In this document: piece by piece, positions 19,460-31,536 of the stretch
Position numbering within the stretch: position 1 is the stretch's first letter
Layout of the letters: each line of letters opens with the position of its first letter
NCBI GenBank assembly: GCA_024181965.1
Contig: BQXS01013858.1
Coordinates: forward strand, 1 to 46,916
Direction: 5' to 3'
DNA: 46,916 bases
Source: Aduncisulcus paluster
Taxonomy: Eukaryota
The notes under the pieces: model-generated
What the model was told of the DNA's origin: nothing
Database searches by the model: none
Seen by the model: only the letters and a program-made list of their open reading frames with translations
Position numbers and translations under genes: made by a program

Positions 19460-22400
19460 AGAGGAAGAGGAAGAGGAGGCTGCATTCTTGGATGTTACAC
19501 ACATTAAACACATAAGTTTCTTACAAACTAGTAACATAAGAGAGAGGACTTTGATAGCAATATGAACATGCAAGAGAGAAAGTCCTTTGGTTGCTTCTTT
19601 CTCGAGTGTGTACATATGCGAATAGCTTTGAGTGAATCTTCTGAGGACATTCAAGGCCTGATCATCTATTTTATACTGCAAGAATACACATTTGATGACA
19701 AACTGACGTTTCATCCATGTTTTCCCAGCACTTGAACGTGAAGACAAGAGAACGTCATTGCAACATCTTTCAATGAAAGTGAAAGAATAAAGTAACAAAG
19801 GAACTGGGAGAGAGAATAAATCCCTGCACAGAGAAGAGAATCGACATGTTTCATATCCAGATCTGGAGTAAACATCCTTGCCAAGCTCTTGGCGGATATT
19901 CCTAGCAGTCACAAGTGGTAATACAAGACGATCTCTTTGAATATCATTTAGGATGGTTGATTTGTCAACACCAATAGGACACTCGTCAAGCATGAAGAAG
20001 GCTGAACTTGACTCATCAGCTTCACCATGGGATCTTGGTTCTGCTTCATGTCCATCCATCCCCAATCTTTCCCTCTCTTCATCTTCTTCTTCCTCTTCCT
20101 CTTCCTCCTCTTCTTTCTTCCGCTTGTCTTCTTCCTCTTGCAATCTAGCTTTCTCTTTCTTCTCAAGAGTATCTAAAATTAGTTCTTGCTTTTCCATCAT
20201 AGCCTGGTCTTTCTCATTTCTAATTTTAGAGATCAATCTATCCTTTTCCTTTGCTCCGACGAATGTATATATCCTCGTGGAGTCAGATATTGCCAGAAGT
20301 CTTCTCAAAAGCGGCAAGAAGAGAGGACTCTGTTTACAAGCCATGAATTGAATTCCAGACAAAATTGTTGAGAGAGGAGTGGATCCAGAAGAATGCGGGA
20401 AAAAGATATCAAAAGATGACATCAATTCATTGAGAACGAACAGAGACAAGGAATGAGGCGAAGACAAACGGACGGAGGAAGAACGGGTCGATATCTTTGA
20501 CAAATGATGAAATAATATCGTAATGGGTAACTTTGTCGACATTTTATCCACAATGCTTAACTTGGCATCATTGGCAAGGGTAATAATATGATTTGTTAAC
20601 TCGTGACCTTTTCCTTCTTCTATTTCTCTTGTTTCGAAGGGAAGAGAAAGAGAGGAAAGAATATTAGAGATATTGGACCCTTTCAGGACAGAGAAATGAG
20701 ATGAGGAGTGGAGAGAAGACAAGAGTTGGGAAGAACCTGTAACATTGGAAGAAGTTGAAGAAGTTGAAGACTTTCCAAATCTAAATTTAGATTTCTTTGC
20801 CGCGCTTTCTTTCACTTTCCCATCATTCTTTGAACCATCAGCCTTGACACTAACCACACCCAGAGCAATGCTATCGATGGAACGTTGTAAACTCTGAACT
20901 ATGCCCCCAAGGATTCGAGATAACGAGTACACGAACACAGATTCAATTAATCGGCAAGTATCTGAATGAGCAATGATTACTCGTGGATCTTTCCTCATCG
21001 AAGGTTTCCTCTTTCTCCGCAGAGAGGACAATGAAAGAGGAGGTAAGCCGGATCCAGACATCTCAGATGTCGGTGGATAGTCAGAGGAACCAGTTGTGAG
21101 AACACCCTTTTTGTAGATAGAAGAGTCAGAATCCTGTGGCAAGGTGTTTTTGATTTGTGGATGAATGCACTCCTCAATAGATGGAAAGAGGAATGGGAAA
21201 ACATTTTCATAAGATGAGAAACTACTTGTTTCCTGCCGTTTTGTGACGGAAGATCTTCGTCTAGAACCGGTTGTTTGTCCGGCAAAAGAAGGAGAGCTTG
21301 GATAGAGAGGCAGTAATATGGGAATATTGGAATCTAAAAATATCGAACTAAAAATAGGATAGTTTCTCAGATCTGACCCAGCCCTCCTCTTCCCCTCTTC
21401 ATCAACAGCAGTCGATGATGAGGACGTCCAGAATGAAGGAGTCAGATGGAAAAGTGACAATATGCATCCGATAAACACAGAATACAAATGGACATGGTGG
21501 ACAAGTGAAGACAAGACATCAGACATCACAACAGAAGCCTTTGGAGACAGAAGAAGCTGGATAAAGAGAAGCCCAGCAAGTTGAAAGAGGTGATGAGAGC
21601 ATCGAAGAGGTTCAGAGAGGGATAAATATAGATCACTGAGAAGATCTTTCATATCAATCCATGTTAATCTATCACTAATCACATCAAGACATATTGGTCT
21701 CTCTTCTTCCCCTTCTTCTTCCTCTTCATGATCCCTCGTCCCATCTTCCATTCCTTCGTTTCTTCTCTCATCCCCTCGGTTAATAGGTGATCCAAGGAGT
21801 ACCAGGAACTCAGAAAGAGTGAGAGAACCATGTTTCCTGATGAAATACGAGAGTTTGTATTTGAGGGTGAAATCAAATGAAAAGAATGATTCAACAGATG
21901 GTTGTTTGACAAGACGTTGCGCACAATGTACCGATGAAAGATGAGATAAGACGTTAAGCATCAGAGAAGAAGGAGCAAGAAGGGAAGGAGAGATGTCTTG
22001 TAAATGCCGTTCCCATGAAAATGAAGGTGAACTTGAAGACGACACATTGCTATTTTTAGATTGTCTACTATTTTTAGAATCAGAATCGAGTGATAAAATA
22101 TCTGAGAAAGAACACGCTTGGTGGTATGGAGATCTGCCAACGTTAGGGTGGAATATGACTTCATGAGACCTCCCTTTCAATGTCGTGAGAGTTTGAGTTT
22201 GATCTTTCTGAGTTTGGTCTTTCTGACTGCTTTGATTCAGACGCACTATCTTTTCCCTCTCGATCTCTTTGGCACATAAATGAATAGACATTATCAGAGA
22301 AGCCATAAGTTGAGATGATGAAAGAACGTGATGATCACAGAAAATGAAGGAAGGATATTTTTCATTCGGAGGCTCCAATACATTGGGATAGAACTCTTTT

Positions 22401-23494
22401 CTGCTATATTTCTTGTCCGTATCCTTCTTATCTTCTTTCTTATGGACAGGGGGGGAGGAAGAAGGAAGTGACGGGAGAACACTCGGAATACGTGCAGAGA
22501 GATTGAAAAGAAGAGGAGGAGTCGGTGTTATGGGTGTAAGAGAGAAAGAAACCATATCTTTAACTCGATTAGCCCTCGCCACAGCTTCTTGATGCCAACA
22601 ACACACACCTGGACTCAACCATCCACCCACTTTACCACACACACCATAAGAGTATCCAATACCATATTTTCCACCAATCTGAACTCCTCTCCACCGTAAA
22701 TCACGTTCTACACTTCGTACAGAGTTAATAAGGGTCTTGTAGAGCAGGAAAGAGGGCTTGGAAATGGAAGATATTGAATGGTCGGATACAGATAGGGTCT
22801 CGGGAGTTCTAAGATCTTCAGATCGATGCATCACCATACTTTGCCGTTTTACATGGGATGCGGTCTTTGAATGCCCAATTTTACGTGATTTTGATAGTTT
22901 CTTTGAAAGGGAATGTGATCCACCGGATGGAACAGATATGTGTGCAAAATCAATCGATGTAAATGGATTTGAGTATTCTCTTCTACCTTGGTATCCTTCA
23001 GCAATCACCATTTGCGTAAGACCACGGGTATGAGTCGAAAGGAGCTCACTATTATCTCCAACTTGTAATTGTTCACCATTTGCGGATAACTCGGTCATTC
23101 TATTGGTAACTGTGCTTAGAAACTGAGGGTCATATGATTGCCTATTCGTGAAATCTTTAATTTGAGTTTTAAACTCAGAAACACCACCAAATACAGATAT
23201 ACCTCTAGCAATAAGGAATTTCGATTGCAAAACTAAATCTGGAATCGATGGAGCTTCATGTACACTTGGCAATTCGGTTTTAATATCATCATTCCACTCA
23301 ATATAAGAATCCTTCCATTGACTGTAGGATGGAAAATCAGAGGGCCGTGGAGGTTGATCTATTTTATGTCTGGATTCAAACAAATCAATTTCCTCCTGTG
23401 AATATCCATCTTCTTCCATTTTTGGAATGGTGAAATGGGTAAACATGAGGTCATCGGCATCGCTTGGACCATGACTAAATTCATCTTCTGACAT
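18644..23494 (-). CDS. Large Ser-rich hypothetical protein with helical C-terminal half (1616 aa)
   Basis: Uninterrupted 4.85-kb ORF with ATG; poly-Ser and poly-Glu tracts; no catalytic motif recognised. Confidence 0.85.
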
Positions 23495-23765
23495 TAATAT
23501 AAATGAATTTTTCTATTTGATATCAATTGTTTAGTGCAGATAAGCACAGAATTGTTGTCAAAACGAGGAGATTTTTTCTATTTCTTTCTTGTCTCTTATA
23601 TATTTATTATAAATAAACAATTCTTATTGAAAAGTTAACATAATTGCATTCTTCATCAATTAAATTGAAGTCAATATAGATTTGCACAGTTTACAAAACT
23701 TTTGCACAAAATGTTAGAAACGAAATAAATAATAATTTTATTCTTAATATTCTATAAAATGATGT

Positions 23766-24569
23766 CTAAAATATTTGTTCCTTAAGTCTTTCAATCTCTG
23801 CTTTATAAACTTTGGACATTTCCTCGATGAAACTGTCGAACATCACGAAACTCTCCCAAGCACTAGCTTGACGTTTAATTCTCATTGCACGCTCCTGTAT
23901 AGCCTTTGCTGTGCCCGGATGGATGTGATCGCCCTTTGGGATACGTATTATACTCATATCTATGGCCTTACAATGCTTCAGAGCCATTCGACACTTATAA
24001 TCCTCATACTGATAGCCTTTATCCTGCATTCTCATATAATGATGTGTTGGAAGAAGGGGAAGTTTCGATTTAACCTCCTTAGTGACAGATTTAAACAACT
24101 GGGGTTGGAGACGATTTGAGAAAAGAGATGGAAATTCAGAAGGAATAGAATACGGATCAACTTCTTCCTTTTCCTCCTCGACTTCTGTTTTTTTATCAGC
24201 ATCTTTTGGTGATGTCGGCTCTTTAACATCTTTTCTTGTTTTGGATCCTCTTGATGGAGGTTTCTTTGCCTTTTTATCACTTTTTGAAGAAGATGGTGGC
24301 GGTATAACTTCTTTGACATCTTCCGGTGTCTCTTTAATGATGTCTATTTCTTCTGACTTTTTGGGAGGAATTGGAACAAATCCAGGAAGTAAAGCAAGGG
24401 CTCGAGCAATTTCATCCTTTGAAGGATGGTTAACTCGGTCCGAAGCAAGATTTTTCTGAGTTTCTATTTGTTTCATTTCGGCTGGAGTAACATATTCATC
24501 AGCATAAACTCTTCTATTCAATTCAACACGTTCTTGCCGTAGTAAAGCGGCAAAATCAAATTTGCTCAT
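23766..24569 (-). CDS. Hypothetical protein; start uncertain (24569 or 24725)
   Basis: Long ORF with coding-like composition, central K/E/P-rich linker and a folded-looking C-terminus; the upstream extension is AT-rich. Confidence 0.7.
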   Translation of the reverse strand: MSKFDFAALLRQERVELNRRVYADEYVTPAEMKQIETQKNLASDRVNHPSKDEIARALALLPGFVPIPPKKSEEIDIIKETPEDVKEVIPPPSSSKSDKKAKKPPSRGSKTRKDVKEPTSPKDADKKTEVEEEKEEVDPYSIPSEFPSLFSNRLQPQLFKSVTKEVKSKLPLLPTHHYMRMQDKGYQYEDYKCRMALKHCKAIDMSIIRIPKGDHIHPGTAKAIQERAMRIKRQASAWESFVMFDSFIEEMSKVYKAEIERLKEQIF

Positions 24570-24988
24570 AAATTGTTTTCCTTTGCTTCCACAATATAAT
24601 TCTCCGTCCTCATTACACGGACCATATTTAATTAATATGTGTAAATAGTAAAGAGATTGAGAATTGTGTTCAGATTGTGGGAATAAGAAATTAAGAATGG
24701 TTTTTCTTTTAATTAATTCATGCATTGTATAAATAATATGATAAAATGAGATAAATATGCAGGATAAGTGGCAAAAAAGATTCTTCGAAAAAAAGTTAGA
24801 AATACATCACAAAAAACGTTTTGCAATTCGTTAGTTTCACTTATTTATATTTTGGTAAAATAATTTAATTATAATAATCAGCATTAACCTTATATTTCCC
24901 AGCGTACGGTTTTCAGCATCAATTTCGCCAATATACACAATAAACCTGAGTGACTTCCAAAATATACATAACACATTTCCCTTAGAGC

Positions 24989-26722
24989 TTAAAAATCAAA
25001 TGAATTGTCGGTTTGAACAATATCCTCGCTAAAATTGAAAGATGAAGCAATTGAAGGAGACACCGAGAGTCTCTCCAAACTTTTTGAAGGAATTGTCCGT
25101 ATATCTGTTTTTTTATCCTTTTTTTGTCCCATAGTGTCAGGATTATCGCCAATAAACCCACTACTGAGAACAGCCCCACTCCCAGAAGGTATTTCAATTC
25201 CAGTATCCTTCTCAATTTCACCAGAGGCATCAATCTCATCAGAATACACTGCTACATGATCAATCTTCTTGGAATCAATGATGCTTCTGTCGATATGGAC
25301 CAATCCAGAGGAAGAGTTCGGCCGCACTCCCTGTTGCAACTGTTTTGCGCTAGTTTCTGTCTGATGGTTGTCTTGTGCATCGAAATCGATACTAACTGCC
25401 TCTTGTGAGAAATCCAATGCCTCTGAATGAGGCGATTCATGGTCTTCTTGGTGAGATTCTGATGAGAGTGGATGAGAGTGGGGAGGGGAAGTTTTTTTCA
25501 CGATAGAATCCTTGATGACAGTTGATTCTTCCTTGGTTACTATCGTTCTTGTATCTGATGGGGAAGGTTTGGGCGTGTTGTTCTCTTGAGGTGGACTTGA
25601 CACAATGGGCGTTGATATTGATTTCGGTAGAGTTGTGGCAACAGTTGAAGGGTGTCCATCAGGCTGGACAAAAACATTGGACACGGGAGCATGTTTTGAT
25701 GTCTGCTTGAGTTCTGATGGTTGCACAGATTGAACAGACTGTGCTAACTGAGTGGATGGCATATATGGCTGAGTTTGTGCTTGTTGTGTTGATATTGGTC
25801 TATACGAGGATCTAAATACATCATCAATGAGCTTATCATGTTGGTCATCTCTAGATGTTTTTAAGGGAGTTTTCATTGTATCTTTGGAAATAGAAGGCTG
25901 GGTCGCTCTCATTCGGATCCATCCTTCACGCTGCATTTCAATATCTTGCTCCCTAAGCATATCCATGGCTCTGATCTGTTCTTTATAGCTCTCGATGTCG
26001 TTTTTAAGCTCCCTTTCTCTTGCACGGGAATCAACCAGTTCGTCCTTGATTTCCACAACTTGCTCCTTCAAAGATTGAATCCGGGCTGTCAAGTTCATGC
26101 TATGTGATTTATCATGAATAGAACGTGTCTCAACGTCATTAATATAACACTTAAGGCGCTTAATTTCCTCCATAGCAATTGCAGCTTCCCATTTCCACTG
26201 ACCAAGCTCTCGCAAGAGTTGGATGGATTCTTTTGACTGTTCTGAAGCCAAAGCTAATTCTTCTTTATGTGCTTCTTGGGCCTTTGAAAGCTTTTCTTCT
26301 GAAATACTGAGTTCAACTTGCTTTTTACGGAGAGAATCTTCAAATTCAAGTAAACGATGCCGTTCACTCCTTTTCCACCTTTCGAATTCTTCAGATACTC
26401 GTTCTCTAAGATAGCCTTTATATTTTTCTAAATCAATTCTCTCTCTATCAAGGCGTTCTCTTTCTTCCTCGACTTGTAAACTACGTCTTCTCAGATCTGT
26501 CACCATTCCTTCATATCTTTTTTCATTATCACGCTTTAGTTCTCTTATTGCTTCATATTCTTGGAGAATTTTATGCCTTTCAATATGATTCTCCTTCATT
26601 AACCGCTCTGATAACTCTTCATATCTCTCTCGAGCTTCTTTCGCTTCTTGTCTGCATTTAGAAACTTCTAGAATATGCTCTTCCTCTAATTCTTTAATTA
26701 TATCTTCTTTTGACCTTTTCAT
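24989..26722 (-). CDS. Coiled-coil protein with disordered S/T/P/Q-rich C-terminus (577 aa)
   Basis: About 270 aa of E/K/R/L heptads followed by a low-complexity tail. Confidence 0.85.
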   Translation of the reverse strand: MKRSKEDIIKELEEEHILEVSKCRQEAKEARERYEELSERLMKENHIERHKILQEYEAIRELKRDNEKRYEGMVTDLRRRSLQVEEERERLDRERIDLEKYKGYLRERVSEEFERWKRSERHRLLEFEDSLRKKQVELSISEEKLSKAQEAHKEELALASEQSKESIQLLRELGQWKWEAAIAMEEIKRLKCYINDVETRSIHDKSHSMNLTARIQSLKEQVVEIKDELVDSRARERELKNDIESYKEQIRAMDMLREQDIEMQREGWIRMRATQPSISKDTMKTPLKTSRDDQHDKLIDDVFRSSYRPISTQQAQTQPYMPSTQLAQSVQSVQPSELKQTSKHAPVSNVFVQPDGHPSTVATTLPKSISTPIVSSPPQENNTPKPSPSDTRTIVTKEESTVIKDSIVKKTSPPHSHPLSSESHQEDHESPHSEALDFSQEAVSIDFDAQDNHQTETSAKQLQQGVRPNSSSGLVHIDRSIIDSKKIDHVAVYSDEIDASGEIEKDTGIEIPSGSGAVLSSGFIGDNPDTMGQKKDKKTDIRTIPSKSLERLSVSPSIASSFNFSEDIVQTDNSFDF

Positions 26723-26988
26723 ATTTGTGAATGCAATACAATATCAAATTCGATGTTTCACATCACGTCCCAACAATAAAAACATGCAAAGATATATAAA
26801 TTCAAGCAAAAACTTGATATCATGCATTTTTCTGCAACACTATGAAATTGCCAATGACTTGATAACACTATTGCCTTGGATTTTGTGTTCCAGTTGGCAA
26901 CTTGTAAAATCGAATCATATCTTAAAAATTAATGCCCAACTGCAATATGTTTCTCCATTATTTATTGCTTTTATGTATATAGGTTGTG

Positions 26989-27792
26989 TTACCCTTGATC
27001 TTCGATAGTTTTCTTCACTTTCACACACATAATGCACATACCCTGCTTGTTCAGTTTCATCCAAGGTCTTAAACAGCATTTACATTGATGTGGGACTCCT
27101 TTCATTACCCCTCCTTTCTTATACCGGAACAAACAGTCTCGGCAGAAGTCAAATCCCACCACTTTGGACTGTCTTTTCCCATTACGATAACAATACTCTG
27201 AACACAGAGACAGATCCTTAGAAAGTGGTTTTTGGGGAATAAATGCCCGTACAAGTCCGCAAACACCACATAAATCAGAACAACGGCCGAATGAAGTTGG
27301 AAGACAGTAAGGATAACATGTACATGGAATAGTTTTGTGAAATACAACAGGACGTTTCGATTGAAGGTCAAGAGTCAGATCATGAGAGAAATCTGACCGA
27401 GTAACAGAGAAATAAACAGGAGTTGATGATAGTTTTTTGGAAGGAGTTTCATGAGAAAATGCATGAAATTCATCAATGGACTTTGGGAGTCGAAGTATCA
27501 AAGGATAAACAATAGGTGGATTGACATAAAACATTGAGCGAAGTGGAAATATCATTTCATCTTGATGGAAAACAATATTCAAAGCATAGTGTGAAGGAAT
27601 AACAGATCCACTTTTATCATAAATCCCATATATCACAAAGGGATGGTCAATATTAAATCCAATCTTAAATTCTTCTCTAAGCTGGTCAATATACATAGCA
27701 ATGGTTTTCATCGCATACACCTTAGAAAACATGAAAACTTCACCACTGATATGGACTTTAAGTCGAATAATTGATCTATCACTCTTTTGCAT
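26989..27792 (-). CDS. Cys-rich putative zinc-binding protein (267 aa)
   Basis: C-terminal CTC, CGVC, CSEYC, FDFCRDC, CKCC, CIMC clusters. Confidence 0.7.
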   Translation of the reverse strand: MQKSDRSIIRLKVHISGEVFMFSKVYAMKTIAMYIDQLREEFKIGFNIDHPFVIYGIYDKSGSVIPSHYALNIVFHQDEMIFPLRSMFYVNPPIVYPLILRLPKSIDEFHAFSHETPSKKLSSTPVYFSVTRSDFSHDLTLDLQSKRPVVFHKTIPCTCYPYCLPTSFGRCSDLCGVCGLVRAFIPQKPLSKDLSLCSEYCYRNGKRQSKVVGFDFCRDCLFRYKKGGVMKGVPHQCKCCLRPWMKLNKQGMCIMCVKVKKTIEDQG

Positions 27793-28007
27793 TCTAAACT
27801 AAACTGAATATTCGCATTGTCTAACAAAACAGACGATATTTCAAAAAATTAACTCAAATCAAGCTTATCCGTTGCAAATAGAAAAGGAGGCAATAAAAAA
27901 TAGTTAAATGAAAAATGAATTATAAAGATAGTCCATAATCATCCAATAAATGAAATGATTTCTCAGATATTATCACTTTTTTTTAAAAACATTTGATTTG
28001 GTTCAAA

Positions 28008-31000
28008 ATGGATCAAGTTGACATATCTTTGGAATACGATCGCCTTACTGATGAGTTGAAGGCAATGGATTCGGATGCTGAAAAGGTTGATGAGAGCTTT
28101 TTATTGAATATCATTAAAAAATCAATTGAAGCTACCCTTTCACCAAATTGGCATCTGAACATGTTGGTTTGTGTTGCTGCTGAATATATTTTTGATCATG
28201 GAAAGTTCTACGTTGATTTTTCGAAAGAATTGACATCTGAGTTTGAGAAAACTATGGGGGATTTTTTGAAGATTATCTTCTCCCGAATCTTCTTTGGCAA
28301 ACGTGAGGTGCGTGATTCTGCTAGTCATGCCATGAGTAGTGCCTTAAAACATCTAGGATATGGAGCTCTGGACCATGTTAAGTTCATTGGTTTCCTTCGT
28401 GATCCAGCCCTCAGAATTATTGACGACGGAATGCTTCAGGCTGGAGTGAGTGCCTGGGAAGGATTCGAAGGAGTTGCAATGGCATGTGGATACATTGGAC
28501 GTGAAGCTGCTCTTTCATCCATCTCAACTGATGTCAAACTCAACGAACGCCGCTCAAGCCTCATTAATGCGAGTGCCGAGTGTATTGCTGCCCTTGCCGA
28601 ATATGAAGATGGTTTCTATGGTTCCTATGTTCGTCAACAAGCTGCCAGAGCCGCCTGTAGAATTATATCTACTGGTCGCAGTGGCATCTGTATCACCGAT
28701 GTTGTCACTGAGTTATCCCTTCTCTTGGGAGATTCTGTCATTGGTGTTCGACGTGAAGCGGCTAAGCTGATCGCAACTTGTGAGCTTGCTTTATGCCAGC
28801 AAGCCAAATCTGCTGGTGTTGAATCCCCTCCTTCCCTTTCCTCTGTCATCTCTCGTTATTCTGATATTGCTCTGAGCTACAAGACAGCCAATGGAGAGTG
28901 GGTTCATGCCCATGGATATGCCAGTGTTTCTCGTGAAGTGTGTGACATTGTCACCAAGGAGCATGCCAAAGCTCAATCTGAAGGGAAAGCCATTGCCTCA
29001 ACCGTCCTTGGAGACATTGATGGCTGCATTCCCCACATTTTAGAACTCTTTTCTTGTGAGTTTATTTCCAAAGTCAAGAGTGAGACTCCTGAATATGTTA
29101 ATAGTGAGGCTCTCCGTGCCTCTGTGATACTTCTTCCTCTCATTTCAGACAATGAACTCTTTGATTCTGTTCTGGACCATGTCAAGCACACTCTCAAAGC
29201 TTCCAAAGCAGTGATGTACGATGCTGCTCTTCAATGTATTCTTTCTCTCCCTTCCTCATACTTTTCTCCTTCTGACTCTTCACGTGGTCCGAACGAAGCC
29301 TGGTTGGCTGATACTTTCTTCTCCCTTTCCATCCTGTCCCATCACTGTGCTATGCCAATCAAGATCGGAAGCAAAGTCGCCATGTCTCGGTACTCTTCAC
29401 TATCCTTAAAACAAGGATCTTCCATCCCTTTCATTCGTCGTTGTGTTTCATTCTGTATCTCAGCTGGACAAGTGAGTAAGGATTCTGATATGAGGGATGC
29501 TGCCTTCGCGTGTTGTGTTGAGTGTCTTGACATGATGTCTGAGCTTGTATCCTCTTCTTCCGTTGAAGACTTGGAGAAGTGTGTTTCATACCTTGGCGGA
29601 TATGTCGAGATATTGACAAAGGCCATGTTGAAAGCTGGTGAGAGTGACTACGTGATTGCTGCCGCTGCCCGTTCCCTTGCTTCCTTGTTCTTGTTCCTCT
29701 CCCAAGCTCACATTTTCACTCCCACCCTTCCAACCCTCCTTCCACGTCTCCTTCCAGCTCTCTGCTCTCTGAGGTCCCTTTTGTTTGGTTTCCCTGCTGA
29801 TGCTGTCACCAAGGGAGTCATGGAGGCTCTTGGAAAGATGTCCAGAATCTACCCATCTATCGTTGAAGGAATTCAACACACTGTCCTCACTGTCTTCAGA
29901 GCTTTGTGCATCGGTACTCTTATGAGTCGTATTGTGTGTGTAGATCCTGTTGCTGTGAAACATGCTAGTGCTTCAATGTGTAGATACGTCTGCGATCCCG
30001 AAGGGTTCTGTGGGTGTGCTGATTCGCTCTCCACCATTAGATCCATCACCCCCTTCTTCTATCTGACATGTTCTGAACTTTATGAGCGTGTGTCAAGTAT
30101 TTCTGGCTATGATTGGTCCTGTTTGAAGGAAGTAGGTGAGTCCGAGGAAGGTCAAGATCTTGTTGATGCCTATTCTCTGTGTGCCTGTGCTGGGTTCATG
30201 TTCTCTGTATATCCATATGCTCTCAACGATCTGTCCTCAGAATCCTTCACATCGACTGGTGAAGACGAAAGTTCTCACTCATCTCTTCCTGCTTTACTGA
30301 CTTCGATCTTCTTTGCTGATTCTCTGAGAGATGATATGGCACCTCTGTACACCTTGTCTGCTCTCTGTGTGCTGATGTTAACTGTCTGTGAAGGAAAGAA
30401 GGGCCTTGATGGGAAATGGGAAGAGATCAGAGTCGAGTGGTCCAAACCAGATATTCGTGACAAACTGGAAGATGGAATTGTTGGGTTTGAGCTTGCAAAA
30501 CTTATCCTCGACTCTCTTCTTGACCCTTCCTGTCCCCCGTCTTTCCTTTCCTCCTCAACTATCACATCTGCTTCCTTGAGTTTCTCTAAGGATGAGATCC
30601 CCGGGGATTACCACCTTGACCACTGTTGGTCTACAATAATCCCTCTCCTTCCATCTTTCCAGTCTTGGCTTGAATCCTTGTTCTCTTGCGTTGAAGTGGG
30701 TGAAGACTATGTGAATATCTTCTCTTTCCTCCAGTCAAACCTCTCAGACGTTCTCTCTGAGGATATTGAGACCGATTCCCTCATGGATATTATCGTGGAT
30801 CCCATGAAAGCTGGCTTCAATCCTGTGATGAAAGCTTATCGTAGTATCATTAGTGGTGTTCTCCAAAGCACAAAAGAACCCCTTCCTTCCCACAAAGCTC
30901 TTGTTGAATGCTTGATCATGTCTTACAATGCTCTCACCTGCCGTGTGAGTCGTATGGAACTTGAGGGTGCTGGAGTTGTCTGTTTTAATTCGATGTGGAG

Positions 31001-31271
31001 AGAGTGTGTTCGTATTTCATCCTCATCCTCAGATTTTGTTGAAGGCACCACTGGGATTGAACTCTCCCCCTTTGTCCAAATGCTCATTGATTCTCTGTAT
31101 GATGACAACATGAGTGAAAACAATGTTCTCCAAGTCCTTGGTGTTGCATCCGATGTTTTCCGTGTTTCACGTGCCAAATTCCCCTCTCAATCTGGCATCG
31201 ATAGCTCAGCAAGTGATTATGTCCCTGGCAACCGTGAGGGTGAGCTGAAGTTTGGTGGAGAGAGGAAGTAA
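28008..31271 (+). CDS. HEAT/ARM-like alpha-solenoid protein (about 1087 aa)
   Basis: HEAT-type signatures REVRDSASHAM, YVRQQAARA, LLLGDSVIGVRREAAKLI, DSDMRDAAFAC; first ATG at 28008. Confidence 0.75.
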   Translation: MDQVDISLEYDRLTDELKAMDSDAEKVDESFLLNIIKKSIEATLSPNWHLNMLVCVAAEYIFDHGKFYVDFSKELTSEFEKTMGDFLKIIFSRIFFGKREVRDSASHAMSSALKHLGYGALDHVKFIGFLRDPALRIIDDGMLQAGVSAWEGFEGVAMACGYIGREAALSSISTDVKLNERRSSLINASAECIAALAEYEDGFYGSYVRQQAARAACRIISTGRSGICITDVVTELSLLLGDSVIGVRREAAKLIATCELALCQQAKSAGVESPPSLSSVISRYSDIALSYKTANGEWVHAHGYASVSREVCDIVTKEHAKAQSEGKAIASTVLGDIDGCIPHILELFSCEFISKVKSETPEYVNSEALRASVILLPLISDNELFDSVLDHVKHTLKASKAVMYDAALQCILSLPSSYFSPSDSSRGPNEAWLADTFFSLSILSHHCAMPIKIGSKVAMSRYSSLSLKQGSSIPFIRRCVSFCISAGQVSKDSDMRDAAFACCVECLDMMSELVSSSSVEDLEKCVSYLGGYVEILTKAMLKAGESDYVIAAAARSLASLFLFLSQAHIFTPTLPTLLPRLLPALCSLRSLLFGFPADAVTKGVMEALGKMSRIYPSIVEGIQHTVLTVFRALCIGTLMSRIVCVDPVAVKHASASMCRYVCDPEGFCGCADSLSTIRSITPFFYLTCSELYERVSSISGYDWSCLKEVGESEEGQDLVDAYSLCACAGFMFSVYPYALNDLSSESFTSTGEDESSHSSLPALLTSIFFADSLRDDMAPLYTLSALCVLMLTVCEGKKGLDGKWEEIRVEWSKPDIRDKLEDGIVGFELAKLILDSLLDPSCPPSFLSSSTITSASLSFSKDEIPGDYHLDHCWSTIIPLLPSFQSWLESLFSCVEVGEDYVNIFSFLQSNLSDVLSEDIETDSLMDIIVDPMKAGFNPVMKAYRSIISGVLQSTKEPLPSHKALVECLIMSYNALTCRVSRMELEGAGVVCFNSMWRECVRISSSSSDFVEGTTGIELSPFVQMLIDSLYDDNMSENNVLQVLGVASDVFRVSRAKFPSQSGIDSSASDYVPGNREGELKFGGERK

Positions 31272-31536
31272 GCATCAACACAGAACCGAACATTAAGGTT
31301 TGAAATTGTTTGATTACCGTCATTTTGGAGTTTATTTTAAGATATTCAAGTTGTATAACATGTTGAAAAAATTTTCCTCCAGAGTCGTTAAATACATAAA
31401 AAAAAGCGAATTTATAATAAGATTTTGCAAAAACCATGCGAAAATAGTAAAAAAAAAAAAACTCGAATAATTATTGAAATTAATGTTTAAAGTTTAAACT
31501 TAAAACTGTAAAGGCTTTTAAACAGTTGTCAAATAA

